A DNA stretch of 32,000 bases from an uncultured Erysipelotrichaceae bacterium. GTDB lineage: Bacteria > Bacillota_I > Bacilli_A > Erysipelotrichales > Erysipelotrichaceae. The stretch's first letter is position 1; each line of letters opens with the position of its first letter. The stretch is taken from positions 420,001-452,000 of the forward strand of contig OW818668.1 of NCBI GenBank assembly GCA_942493105.1, given 5' to 3'. Below the pieces are notes generated by a model. That model had not been told where the DNA came from, made no database searches, and saw only the letters and a list, made by a program, of their open reading frames with translations. Made by a program: the position numbers and the translations under genes. Positions 1-7,527 of this stretch are shown here, one piece after another.

Positions 1-255
1 AGCAACCCCATTCTGAGTAATCTTGTAGGGCGGTAATTTCTGCAGTTCGATGTTTTTTCCAGACTGATTCAGAATTATTTTGCCTTTCGAAGGTTTATAG
101 ACACCTGTCATCAGGTTAAATAATGTTGTTTTACCAGCGCCATTTGGTCCGATTAGACCTACCAATTCCTTCTCAATGATAGACATAGAAACATTAGAAA
201 TAGCCATAATCCCACCAAAATTTTTACTCACCTTTTCAATAGATAGGATAGTCAT
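1..255 (-). CDS. livG: Branched-chain amino-acid ABC transporter ATP-binding protein (LivG-like). Only the 5' part is present; the gene runs off the window start.
   Basis: Manual reverse translation from the ATG at 255 gives MTILSIEKVSKNFGGIMAISNVSMSIIEKELVGLIGPNGAGKTTLFN..., with Walker A GPNGAGKT. Its start overlaps the livM stop in an ATGA. Confidence 0.85.
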   Translation of the reverse strand, partial: MTILSIEKVSKNFGGIMAISNVSMSIIEKELVGLIGPNGAGKTTLFNLMTGVYKPSKGKIILNQSGKNIELQKLPPYKITQNGVA

Positions 256-1217
256 GATTTTGCCTCCAATTGATTCTTTTTCTGTTTTGCTTTTCTGATG
301 AACGAAAACTCAAAATTACCAAGCAAACCCTGAGGTCTAAAGATCATCATAATAATCAAAGCAGAGGCATATATAATTGTACGATACTGAGCCAGTGACT
401 GAAGTCCAATATTAACAACACCTAATACTATCGCAGCAACGATACTGCCAGAAAGGCTTCCCATACCTCCTAAAACAACAATGATCAAAATGTCAACTGT
501 TCGATCAATACTAAATGCTGTTGGTAACACAACATAAAAACTTGAGGCATACAAACTCCCGGCGATGGAAGCTAGCATAGCTCCCAATAGGAAAGCGATC
601 GTTTTATATTTAGTGGTATTGATACCCATGGTTTCAGAAGCGATCTCATCTTGACTGATGCTAATGCAGGCTCTTCCGACTGCACTGCGTTTAAAATTAA
701 CAACCAAGATAACGGCCAAAACCGCAAATGCAAACAGAAGAGAGATACTGCTTAATTTTTCAATGTTACTGATACCAGCAGCTCGGTTTGTAATATCCAG
801 ATTTTGTATCACAATTCGAATGATCTCGCTTGCCCCTAAGGTGGCAATGGCTAAATAATCACCTTTTAACTTTAAGACTGGAAAAGCTACAATCAGCGCA
901 ATTGTAACAACAAGGATTAAGCCAACGACCATACCCAATCCTAGTCCTAAAAGGTTTGGTATCATTTTAATAAAAATAGCAGCACTATATGCCCCGATGG
1001 ACATAAAACCAGCATGACCAAGCGAAAATTGTCCAGTGATCCCAATGACAAGATTGAGACTGACAGCCAAAATGATGTTGATCAGAATCGATTGAACTGT
1101 GATCTGTTGATATGGTTTAATAATGCCAGTTAGAATAAAAAACTGCAACAAGATAAAAACAACACTTGTTAAGACAAACCATCGGTATGTTAGTTTATTG
1201 AAGATTGAACGAACCAT
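252..1217 (-). CDS. livM: Branched-chain amino-acid ABC transporter permease (LivM-like)
   Basis: 321-aa polytopic hydrophobic ORF with the LivM-type motif GQFSLGHAGFMSIGAY. It sits between the LivH-like permease and the LivG-like ATPase. Confidence 0.9.
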   Translation of the reverse strand: MVRSIFNKLTYRWFVLTSVVFILLQFFILTGIIKPYQQITVQSILINIILAVSLNLVIGITGQFSLGHAGFMSIGAYSAAIFIKMIPNLLGLGLGMVVGLILVVTIALIVAFPVLKLKGDYLAIATLGASEIIRIVIQNLDITNRAAGISNIEKLSSISLLFAFAVLAVILVVNFKRSAVGRACISISQDEIASETMGINTTKYKTIAFLLGAMLASIAGSLYASSFYVVLPTAFSIDRTVDILIIVVLGGMGSLSGSIVAAIVLGVVNIGLQSLAQYRTIIYASALIIMMIFRPQGLLGNFEFSFIRKAKQKKNQLEAKS

Positions 1218-1218
1218 A

Positions 1219-2115
1219 TTACACCTTTTCCTTCACATTTTTACCAAACAACCCGCTAGGCTTTATAACAAGGATAACAATTAGTAATAAATAAACAACC
1301 GCATCTTTAAAGGTTGTACTAAAGTAAGCACTGACCAACACTTCAATTAGTCCTATAAATACTCCACCAACCATTGCACCTGGTATAATCCCTATGCCAC
1401 CAAAAACTGCCGAAACGAAAGCTTTTAGACCCGGTGCTATCCCCATATAGGGTGAAATGACATTATAGTAAACAGCAATCAGAACCCCACCTGCTGCAGC
1501 TAATGAACTCCCAATCGCAAAGGTAAAACTGATCGTATTATCGATATTGACACCCATTAGTTTAGCTGTATCCACATCAACTGAACAGGCACGCATAGCT
1601 CTCCCAATTTTCGTCTTCTTGACTATGATAGTTAGTGCGAGCATTAAGGCGATCGAAGTGATAAAAATAACAATTTCAATGAACTTGATTTTGATACCAG
1701 AAAATTCATATACAATATTGGGTATGACAGCGGGGAAGTTGCGCGATTGCGGTCCCATCAACAGCATGACAATGTTTTGAAGAAAAAGGGAAACACCAAT
1801 AGCAGTAATCAATGCCGCTACTCGAGATGATTTCCTAAGCGGCTTATAAGCAATCCTTTCTACCAGGATACTTATTAATGCTGCTGAAACCATAGCTACT
1901 GGCAAAGCCAAAAGGAAGGGCAGTTTAAAAACAGTTGTTGCCACAAAACCCAGGTAGGCACCAATCATATACATTTCACCATGAGCAAAATTAATGAGTT
2001 TGATGATCCCATACACCATGGTGTATCCCAAGGCAATCAAAGCATAAATGCTACCCAAGGATAAACCGTTAATCAACTGCTGTAGAAATTGTGTCATACT
2101 TTTCCTCCGAAACAA
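1219..2115 (-). CDS. livH: Branched-chain amino-acid ABC transporter permease (LivH-like)
   Basis: 298-aa ORF with LivH-type N-terminus QQLINGLSLGSIYALIALGYTMVYG and INFAHGEMYMIGAY. It ends 1 nt before livM. Confidence 0.9.
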   Translation of the reverse strand: MFRRKSMTQFLQQLINGLSLGSIYALIALGYTMVYGIIKLINFAHGEMYMIGAYLGFVATTVFKLPFLLALPVAMVSAALISILVERIAYKPLRKSSRVAALITAIGVSLFLQNIVMLLMGPQSRNFPAVIPNIVYEFSGIKIKFIEIVIFITSIALMLALTIIVKKTKIGRAMRACSVDVDTAKLMGVNIDNTISFTFAIGSSLAAAGGVLIAVYYNVISPYMGIAPGLKAFVSAVFGGIGIIPGAMVGGVFIGLIEVLVSAYFSTTFKDAVVYLLLIVILVIKPSGLFGKNVKEKV

Positions 2116-2142
2116 ACAGGTGAAATACTATTTCACCTGTTT
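2114..2142 (-). terminator. Intercistronic hairpin between livJ and livH, a possible partial terminator or mRNA stabiliser
   Basis: Inverted repeat AAACAGGTGAAATA/TATTTCACCTGTTT lies 25 nt after the livJ stop. On the minus strand it is followed by GTTTGTTT and then the livH SD (GGAGGAAA). Confidence 0.45.
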
Positions 2143-2166
2143 AATTCTTGATCATTCAATTAAAGC

Positions 2167-3351
2167 TTAAGGATTTACAAGAACAGGATTGGAGTAGACA
2201 CCATTAACAAATTCGATGACGACAGCCGATTTAATAGGGTTGTGTAAAGCATCCAACGAAATTGTTCCCGTTACACCAACGAAGTCTTTTGTTGCAGTAA
2301 CAGCATTATTGATAGCAGTTCTTGAAATTTTACCATTTTTAATACCAGCTTCTTCAATGGCAGCCTTCAAAATGTAGACTGCATCGTATCCTAGTGCACT
2401 CAACGCCATTGGATCAGAGGCAAATGCTGCTTTATAATCTGTTACAAACTTAGTAACCAAAGCATTTTCAACATCAACTGAGAAATGCGTTGAGAAGTAA
2501 ACATCATTCAGATTTTCAGCCAATGCTATATTAACGATATCAGAACCAGCATCGAATCCATCCGGACCCAAGATTGGTAAGGTGATTCCTGCTTCACGTG
2601 CCTGCTTAATCAATAAACCGGCTTTTTCGTAATAATCAGGAATAAAGATAACATCAATATCAGAACTTTGAATAGCAGTTAAGATTGCGCTGAAGTTCAC
2701 ATCATCTTTTCCATAGGATTTGTCTACTACCACTGTACCGCCGTTTGCGGTAAATTGGGTTTTGAATACATCTTTTAGACCCATGGAGTAATCAGAGTCT
2801 GTGTTTCCAAGTATGGCTGCTTTTTTCGTATTTAAACTATTAGAGGCATAGTTTGCCATAACTACGCCTTGGAAGGAGTCGTTGAAACATGTTCTAAACA
2901 TAAATGGATATGTCTTGCCTGCACCATCATTGGTGACAGTGTCATTAGATCCAGAAGGTGTGATAACTGTTATATTCTGTTCTTTGGAAATCGGAATCAT
3001 GACTTTGGTCATACCAGAAGTTGCAGATCCAATAATGGCGACCACCTTATCTTCAGTAGCTAATCTTACAGCAATACTAGAAACTTCTGATTCAGTTGCT
3101 TTATTGTCATAGGTAACCAGTTCAACCTGCTTTCCAAGAATCCCACCAGCAGCATTAATTTGATTGACTGCTAACGTTATGCCATTCTTCTCAGCCAAAC
3201 CATAGGCTGAAACAGGACCAGTAAGTTCAAGAGATACACCAATCTTAATAGTATCACCCACCTTGACATTGACTTTATCTGTTGTAGCACACGCTGACAA
3301 AGACCCAAGCACCAACAAAATTCCCGCTAATAACCCGATTATTTTCTTCAT
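2167..3351 (-). CDS. livJ: Branched-chain amino-acid ABC transporter substrate-binding lipoprotein (LivJ/LivK family)
   Basis: 394-aa ORF. N-terminal signal peptide with lipobox LGSLSAC. Periplasmic-binding-protein type I features, and it is the first gene of the liv permease operon. Confidence 0.85.
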   Translation of the reverse strand: MKKIIGLLAGILLVLGSLSACATTDKVNVKVGDTIKIGVSLELTGPVSAYGLAEKNGITLAVNQINAAGGILGKQVELVTYDNKATESEVSSIAVRLATEDKVVAIIGSATSGMTKVMIPISKEQNITVITPSGSNDTVTNDGAGKTYPFMFRTCFNDSFQGVVMANYASNSLNTKKAAILGNTDSDYSMGLKDVFKTQFTANGGTVVVDKSYGKDDVNFSAILTAIQSSDIDVIFIPDYYEKAGLLIKQAREAGITLPILGPDGFDAGSDIVNIALAENLNDVYFSTHFSVDVENALVTKFVTDYKAAFASDPMALSALGYDAVYILKAAIEEAGIKNGKISRTAINNAVTATKDFVGVTGTISLDALHNPIKSAVVIEFVNGVYSNPVLVNP

Positions 3352-3381
3352 ATGTACCCTCCTTATGAGTAATATGGTCTC

Positions 3382-3410
3382 ATTTTAAATGAAAAATATG
3401 TGAAATGCAA
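3382..3410 (-). promoter_or_regulatory. Candidate sigma-A promoter of the liv operon
   Basis: Minus strand reads TTGCAT-17 nt-TAAAAT. It lies about 30 nt upstream of the livJ ATG, which has SD AAGGAGGG. Confidence 0.5.
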
Positions 3411-3421
3411 TCATTTTCTTA

Positions 3422-3457
3422 CATAATTGTAATGTAAATATTTACATTACAATTATG
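3422..3457. repeat. Perfect 36-bp palindrome, a candidate operator or activator site upstream of the liv promoter
   Basis: CATAATTGTAATGTAAAT|ATTTACATTACAATTATG. The two halves are exact reverse complements. It ends 11 nt upstream of the putative -35. Confidence 0.6.
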
Positions 3458-3460
3458 AAC

Positions 3461-3484
3461 AAAATAAAGGCATCTTTCGATGCC
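3461..3484 (-). terminator. Rho-independent terminator after tRNA-Lys
   Basis: Minus strand reads GGCATC-gaaa-GATGCC followed by TTTATTTTGTT. Confidence 0.7.
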
Positions 3485-3496
3485 GTTGATGTCAAA

Positions 3497-3572
3497 TGGT
3501 GACCAGTCAGGGATTCGAACCCTGGACCCACTGATTAAGAGTCAGTTGCTCTGCCAACTGAGCTAACCGGTC
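3497..3572 (-). tRNA. tRNA-Lys (anticodon CTT), CCA encoded
   Basis: Folded by hand. Acceptor GACCGGT/ACTGGTC, anticodon stem ACTGA/TCAGT with loop CTCTTAA, T-arm CAGGGTTCGAATCCCTG, 3' ACCA. Confidence 0.9.
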
Positions 3573-3587
3573 ATTTGTTGCCTTTTG

Positions 3588-3616
3588 ATTATAGCGTATC
3601 TTCCAATTTTATGCAA
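3588..3616 (-). promoter_or_regulatory. Candidate promoter for tRNA-Lys
   Basis: Minus strand reads TTGCAT-17 nt-TATAAT, about 15 nt upstream of the tRNA 5' end. Confidence 0.55.
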
Positions 3617-3683
3617 GAAGCTGGAATATAATGCATTAATATTACATGGTTTTTTGTATATGATGATCATGATTTATCTGCAT

Positions 3684-3710
3684 AAAAAAAGTAAACAACC
3701 TGTGTTTACT
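3684..3710 (-). terminator. Rho-independent terminator after the tRNA-Asn/tRNA-Glu unit
   Basis: Minus strand has stem AGTAAACA/TGTTTACT with a 5-nt loop, followed by T7. Confidence 0.75.
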
Positions 3711-3721
3711 GATTTAATCAT

Positions 3722-3797
3722 TGGTGACCCGTACGGGATTCGAACCCGTGAATGTTTGCGTGAAAGGCAAATGAGTTGACCGTTTCTCCAACGGGCC
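3722..3797 (-). tRNA. tRNA-Glu (anticodon TTC), CCA encoded
   Basis: Anticodon stem TTTGC/GCAAA with loop CTTTCAC. T-arm ACGGGTTCGAATCCCGT. Acceptor GGCCCGT/ACGGGTC. Confidence 0.9.
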
Positions 3798-3801
3798 ACG
3801 A

Positions 3802-3876
3802 TGGCGCCTAAAGTAGGGCTCGAACCTACGACCAACCGGTTAACAGCCGGTTGCTCTACCACTGAGCTATTTAGGC
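3802..3876 (-). tRNA. tRNA-Asn (anticodon GTT), CCA encoded
   Basis: Acceptor GCCTAAA/TTTAGGC. Anticodon stem ACCGG/CCGGT with loop CTGTTAA. T-arm GTAGGTTCGAGCCCTAC. Confidence 0.9.
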
Positions 3877-3888
3877 AAGTGCTCAATA

Positions 3889-3917
3889 AATATAACACAA
3901 GTGTTCTTTTTTTTCAA
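3889..3917 (-). promoter_or_regulatory. Candidate promoter for tRNA-Asn/tRNA-Glu
   Basis: Minus strand reads TTGAAA-17 nt-TATATT, about 12 nt upstream of the tRNA-Asn 5' end. Confidence 0.5.
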
Positions 3918-3927
3918 GACTAAAGTG

Positions 3928-5325
3928 TTAATTTGGCGTTTCGAAGACTGGAACTTTTTCTTCGTGCACATGGGCTAAATTCTTGACCCATTTTTCACGT
4001 TTCAACAATGAATAGGCAAAAGCAAATTTCAAGAAATCTGTGCTTTGTCCAACCAGATAGATCGCATAGACATTCCAGTTGGTTAGATAGGTCACTAAGC
4101 CTACAGCCGGCAGATTCACCGTCCACATAAAAACTGCATCCATCAATAAAGTTGATTTGGTATCTCCACCTGCTCTTAAGGTAAAGAAGATTTGGGCATT
4201 GGACATATAGAGCCAAAATAGCGAAGATTGGATCCGCAAGAATGTTTCAGCAGTGTGTCTTGAAGTTTCTGAAACATCATACCATTGAGGAATGATAAAC
4301 GAGATCGTAAACATGAGTAAGCCCATGAATACAGCTAATCCCTGAGAGAAATGAAGTAAACGATAGGCATCTTCGCGTGCTTCATCCAAACGATTGGCGC
4401 CTAATGCCTGGGAAATAACGACGGTTGTCGCAACGGTCATTCCTCCAAATAAAGTAAAAAACAGATCCGCTACAGTTCCCGAAATTGACATGCCTGCCAT
4501 GACTTCTGTGCCTCTTGTAGAATAAAATTTAAACAATAAGCTCATGCCTGTTGACCAAAAAATTTCATTGGTCGTAAGCGGGATTGCCCTGATCGTAATG
4601 GCTTTTAAAAGCTTAGGTGAAATCTTAAAGAGATCTTTGATTTTTGTGTTGAAAATGAAGTGTTTCTTATGTAGTACGACCGCAATGACGATCAACTCCA
4701 AAACACGGGCAATGATCGTCGCAATGGCTGCACCTTGTACACCCATTTTTGGAAATCCGAAATGACCAAAGATCAATAAATAGTTAAATATGCCATTGGT
4801 AACGATGGCAACGATCGAGGTATAAAGTGGGATCTTGGTTTCACCAATCGAACGCATCGCATTCCCGACGGTCATAGAAAATGTCATTGGGATATAAGTC
4901 CATAAGGCAATTCTCAAATAGGCACTTCCCATCGCAATAACAGATGCATCACTGGTAAACAAACCGATGATGAAACTTGGGAATATTGAACCCAACACAA
5001 CAAAAGGCAATATTAACAGATAACTCGCAATCAGTGAAAATCTAAAGGATTGTTTAACATGAGCTTCGTCTTTAGCTCCGAAGTATTGGGCGATAAAGAT
5101 ACTTCCGGCTCCCGAAACTCCAAACAATCCAAAAGTCGCAATCATATAAAAACGATTTGCAGATGCGACACCGGCAATGGCTGCATCACCTAACTGTCCA
5201 ACCATCAAGTTATCCAGTAAGTTGACACTAGAACCAATGAGTTGTTGCAGCATAAAAGGCACCGCTATTGAGAGGACCCGAATATAAAACATTCTGTTTT
5301 CTTTGATTTGTTTTATATTGATCAT
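3928..5325 (-). CDS. MATE-family multidrug/toxin efflux transporter
   Basis: The ORF is polytopic with MATE-like motifs (VPFMLQQLIGSSVNLLDNLMVGQLG; GLFGVSGAGSIFIAQYFGA). I trimmed the tracked 494-aa ORF to the ATG at 5325 (MINIKQIKENRMFY...) because its 5' end overlaps tRNA-Ala and a terminator. The ATG at 5292 is an alternative start. Confidence 0.8.
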   Translation of the reverse strand: MINIKQIKENRMFYIRVLSIAVPFMLQQLIGSSVNLLDNLMVGQLGDAAIAGVASANRFYMIATFGLFGVSGAGSIFIAQYFGAKDEAHVKQSFRFSLIASYLLILPFVVLGSIFPSFIIGLFTSDASVIAMGSAYLRIALWTYIPMTFSMTVGNAMRSIGETKIPLYTSIVAIVTNGIFNYLLIFGHFGFPKMGVQGAAIATIIARVLELIVIAVVLHKKHFIFNTKIKDLFKISPKLLKAITIRAIPLTTNEIFWSTGMSLLFKFYSTRGTEVMAGMSISGTVADLFFTLFGGMTVATTVVISQALGANRLDEAREDAYRLLHFSQGLAVFMGLLMFTISFIIPQWYDVSETSRHTAETFLRIQSSLFWLYMSNAQIFFTLRAGGDTKSTLLMDAVFMWTVNLPAVGLVTYLTNWNVYAIYLVGQSTDFLKFAFAYSLLKREKWVKNLAHVHEEKVPVFETPN

Positions 5326-5337
5326 ATTGTTTAAAAT

Positions 5338-5359
5338 AAAAACCACTTGCGTGGTTTTT
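5338..5359 (-). terminator. Rho-independent terminator after tRNA-Ile/tRNA-Ala
   Basis: AAAAACCAC-ttgc-GTGGTTTTT. On the minus strand the hairpin is followed by TTTTTATTTT. Confidence 0.8.
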
Positions 5360-5368
5360 CTTAGAAAA

Positions 5369-5444
5369 TGGTGGAGCTTAACGGGCTCGAACCGTTGACC
5401 CCCTGCGTGCAAGGCAGGTGCTCTCCCAACTGAGCTAAAACCCC
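5369..5444 (-). tRNA. tRNA-Ala (anticodon TGC), CCA encoded
   Basis: Acceptor GGGGTTT/AAGCTCC with the G3:U70 Ala identity pair. Anticodon stem CCTGC/GCAGG with loop CTTGCAC. Confidence 0.92.
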
Positions 5445-5458
5445 GATATTGTTGGATA

Positions 5459-5535
5459 TGGTGGGCCTGAATGGACTCGAACCAACGACCTCGCCCTTAT
5501 CAGGGGCGCGCTCTAACCACCTGAGCTACAGGCCC
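5459..5535 (-). tRNA. tRNA-Ile (anticodon GAT), CCA encoded
   Basis: 5' end GGGCCTGTAGCTCAGGTGGTTAGAGCG. Anticodon stem CGCCC/GGGCG with loop CTGATAA. T-arm TTGGTTCGAGTCCAT. Confidence 0.92.
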
Positions 5536-5558
5536 ATACCACAACCGAATGCTTTATA

Positions 5559-5587
5559 AGTTTAACATTATGCTTTCTTGATGTCAA
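5559..5587 (-). promoter_or_regulatory. Candidate promoter for the tRNA-Ile/tRNA-Ala unit
   Basis: Minus strand reads TTGACA-17 nt-TAAACT, about 23 nt upstream of the tRNA-Ile 5' end. Confidence 0.55.
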
Positions 5588-5624
5588 TAAAAAGCGGGTT
5601 TATAAAGCGAATAATTGTGCATAT

Positions 5625-5658
5625 AAAAAAACCTGTATGCATAATGATACAGGTTTTT
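5625..5658 (-). terminator. Rho-independent terminator after rpsI
   Basis: Stem ACCTGTAT/ATACAGGT with an 8-nt loop, flanked by an A-run and a T-run. It begins 8 nt after the rpsI stop. Confidence 0.8.
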
Positions 5659-5665
5659 AAATCCA

Positions 5666-6076
5666 TTAACGTTTGGAGAACTGCGGAGCTCTTCTGGCTT
5701 TCTTGAGACCGTATTTTTTACGTTCTTTACCACGTGAATCACGGGTCAAGAATCCGGCTGCTTTTAACACAGTACGGTAGTCTGGGGAAGCTTCCAAGAG
5801 TGCGCGGCTAATGCCGTGTCTCATGGCACCGGATTGTCCGGTATAACCGCCGCCGATGACGTTGATCAAGACATCGAAACTATTTAAAGTTTCGGTCAAT
5901 TCCAACGGGGAACGGACGACCATTCTGAGGGTTTCTAGCGGGAGGTATTCATCTAAAGTTTTATCGTTGACGGAGATGATACCAGTACCCGGTGTCATAT
6001 AAACACGGGCGATGGATGTCTTACGTCTGCCGGTGCCCAAATATTGGACAGCTGCTTTCTTTTTCTTTGCGACCAT
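5666..6076 (-). CDS. rpsI: 30S ribosomal protein S9 (uS9)
   Basis: 136 aa. [16 protein letters not shown] near the N-terminus and C-terminal [12 protein letters not shown]. Directly downstream of rplM. Confidence 0.97.
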   Translation of the reverse strand: MVAKKKKAAVQYLGTGRRKTSIARVYMTPGTGIISVNDKTLDEYLPLETLRMVVRSPLELTETLNSFDVLINVIGGGYTGQSGAMRHGISRALLEASPDYRTVLKAAGFLTRDSRGKERKKYGLKKARRAPQFSKR

Positions 6077-6084
6077 TTTTCCTC

Positions 6085-6522
6085 CTAGCCTTTGATCTTC
6101 AATTCTTTGGGCTGTTGAGCCGCATGCGGATGAGTAGAGCCAGTATACACAAATAAGTGCAGTCTCTGTTTATCACCCAGTTTCGTATGTGGTAGCATCC
6201 CGTGAACGGCTTTTGTGACCCATTCTTCAGGATATTTCTCACGCATAATCCTGGTAGATCTTACGCGTAAGCCGCCCGCCCATTGCGAGGTAGCATAGTA
6301 ATTTTTCTTAAACTCTTGATCACCTGTAACGACGACTTTGTCGGCATTAATGATGATGACATAATCGCCAGAATCGACATTGGGTGTATAAGTCGGTAAG
6401 TGTTTACCTCTTAATACAGTCGCAACCTCAGTTGCTAAACGTCCTAATGTTAATCCGGCTCCGTCAACGATATACCATTGACGTACAACTTCTGCTGGTT
6501 TGGCCATCGTAGTTTGGCGCAT
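6085..6522 (-). CDS. rplM: 50S ribosomal protein L13 (uL13)
   Basis: 145 aa. [37 protein letters not shown] is the canonical uL13 N-terminus. Confidence 0.97.
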   Translation of the reverse strand: MRQTTMAKPAEVVRQWYIVDGAGLTLGRLATEVATVLRGKHLPTYTPNVDSGDYVIIINADKVVVTGDQEFKKNYYATSQWAGGLRVRSTRIMREKYPEEWVTKAVHGMLPHTKLGDKQRLHLFVYTGSTHPHAAQQPKELKIKG

Positions 6523-6576
6523 ATTTGTTTCTCCTAACCATTGTAGTTTCCGGGGCTACATTGGCATAAAGTGCCG
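6523..6576 (-). ncRNA. Structured 5' leader of rplM-rpsI, a candidate L13-type autoregulatory leader
   Basis: The leader RNA carries GGCA-cttta-TGCC and a 9-bp stem with one mismatch (CCAATGTAG...CTACAATGG). That stem abuts the SD (TTAGGAGAAA). The family assignment is inferred, not searched. Confidence 0.4.
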
Positions 6577-6582
6577 ACTACC

Positions 6583-6611
6583 ATTGTACGCAATTTAACT
6601 TAAGGTGTCAA
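6583..6611 (-). promoter_or_regulatory. Candidate sigma-A promoter of rplM-rpsI
   Basis: Minus strand reads TTGACA-17 nt-TACAAT. The -35 lies in one arm of the inverted repeat GTGTCAAG-8 nt-CTTGACAC. Confidence 0.65.
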
Positions 6612-6741
6612 GGATTATTTCTTGACACTATAACACTAAAGATTAGGTTCAATGACAATTATGCACTGTTAAATCGTTATAGGATGTTTCTACTCTAAAT
6701 AAAAATGATGCCCAACTATTGAGTCATCACTTTTAGCTTAT

Positions 6742-7527
6742 TTACTTCTTCTTGATTCTAAGAAATTCAATAGGTGTAATACCTAAATCACGCAATGTTT
6801 TCTCAGCAGCTTCAATCGATTTGGAATCAATAAGATCCCACGGAGAATGTGCATCCACTCCAATGATGACCTCATTTCCAACCTTTGCGGCAATCTCCCA
6901 GAATTTAATGTAGGGATAATTCATATCGGTATAACGATTGCGAATTCCACCTAAATTGTATTCAACGGGGATATTTAATTCCTTGGCTTTACGTAAGATC
7001 CGTTCGCTCATCGCAGCGGCTTGAGGAGTCCATTCTTTTAAACTTCGACAAAACAAATCAGGATGAACGAAACAATCATATAAACCTGTTTCCATGGCTT
7101 TGATCGAATCATGTTCATAATCACGATATAAGTTTTCGATATCCGCATAAGCACCAAAGTATCGACCCCTGGTTTCAAATTCATGGAAATGATTGCCCAG
7201 TAAGACATACTCTAAATCATATTTCTTAATCAATTCACGTAACTGATCGATGCGAGTCTCATAATATTCTGCTTCTATCCCTAAATGAATTTGTATGCGA
7301 TTGGCATACTGTCTTTTTAACATCAAGACATGTTGGACATAATCATCCATTTGAGTGATATCCATTCTAATATTACGTGCATCCAGTGAATGATAAGGCC
7401 ATGGGCTGTGATCTGAGAACCCAAGTTCTACCAAGCCAGCTTCTAATGCCTTTAAGACATAATCTTCATCAGAGCCTTCTGCGTGTTTGCATCGAAATGT
7501 ATGCGTGTGAAAATTGGTTTTAATCAT
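6742..7527 (-). CDS. PHP-family (HisJ-type) histidinol-phosphatase-like metal-dependent phosphoesterase
   Basis: 261 aa. N-terminus NFHTHTFRCKHAEGS with later H/D metal-ligand motifs (FSDHSP, GVDAHSP). Its start overlaps the truA stop by 4 nt. Confidence 0.8.
   Translation of the reverse strand: MIKTNFHTHTFRCKHAEGSDEDYVLKALEAGLVELGFSDHSPWPYHSLDARNIRMDITQMDDYVQHVLMLKRQYANRIQIHLGIEAEYYETRIDQLRELIKKYDLEYVLLGNHFHEFETRGRYFGAYADIENLYRDYEHDSIKAMETGLYDCFVHPDLFCRSLKEWTPQAAAMSERILRKAKELNIPVEYNLGGIRNRYTDMNYPYIKFWEIAAKVGNEVIIGVDAHSPWDLIDSKSIEAAEKTLRDLGITPIEFLRIKKK

Noticed and set aside
3585-3898. ORFs 3585-3779 (+) and 3674-3898 (-)
   Set aside because: They overlap tRNA-Glu and tRNA-Asn plus their promoter and terminator. 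They have no RBS, so they are read-through of tRNA DNA rather than coding sequence.
5326-5412. 5' extension of the MATE ORF (MHAGGQRFEPVKLHH...)
   Set aside because: The extension runs through the tRNA-Ala gene and the terminator hairpin at 5338-5359. The real start must be at 5325 or 5292.
6606-6629. Inverted repeat GTGTCAAG-8 nt-CTTGACAC, which presents TTGACA on both strands, as a possible divergent promoter or terminator
   Set aside because: The plus-strand TTGACA has no -10 at a suitable spacing and no plus-strand gene downstream. As a terminator it lacks a T-tract. I keep it only as context for the rplM -35.
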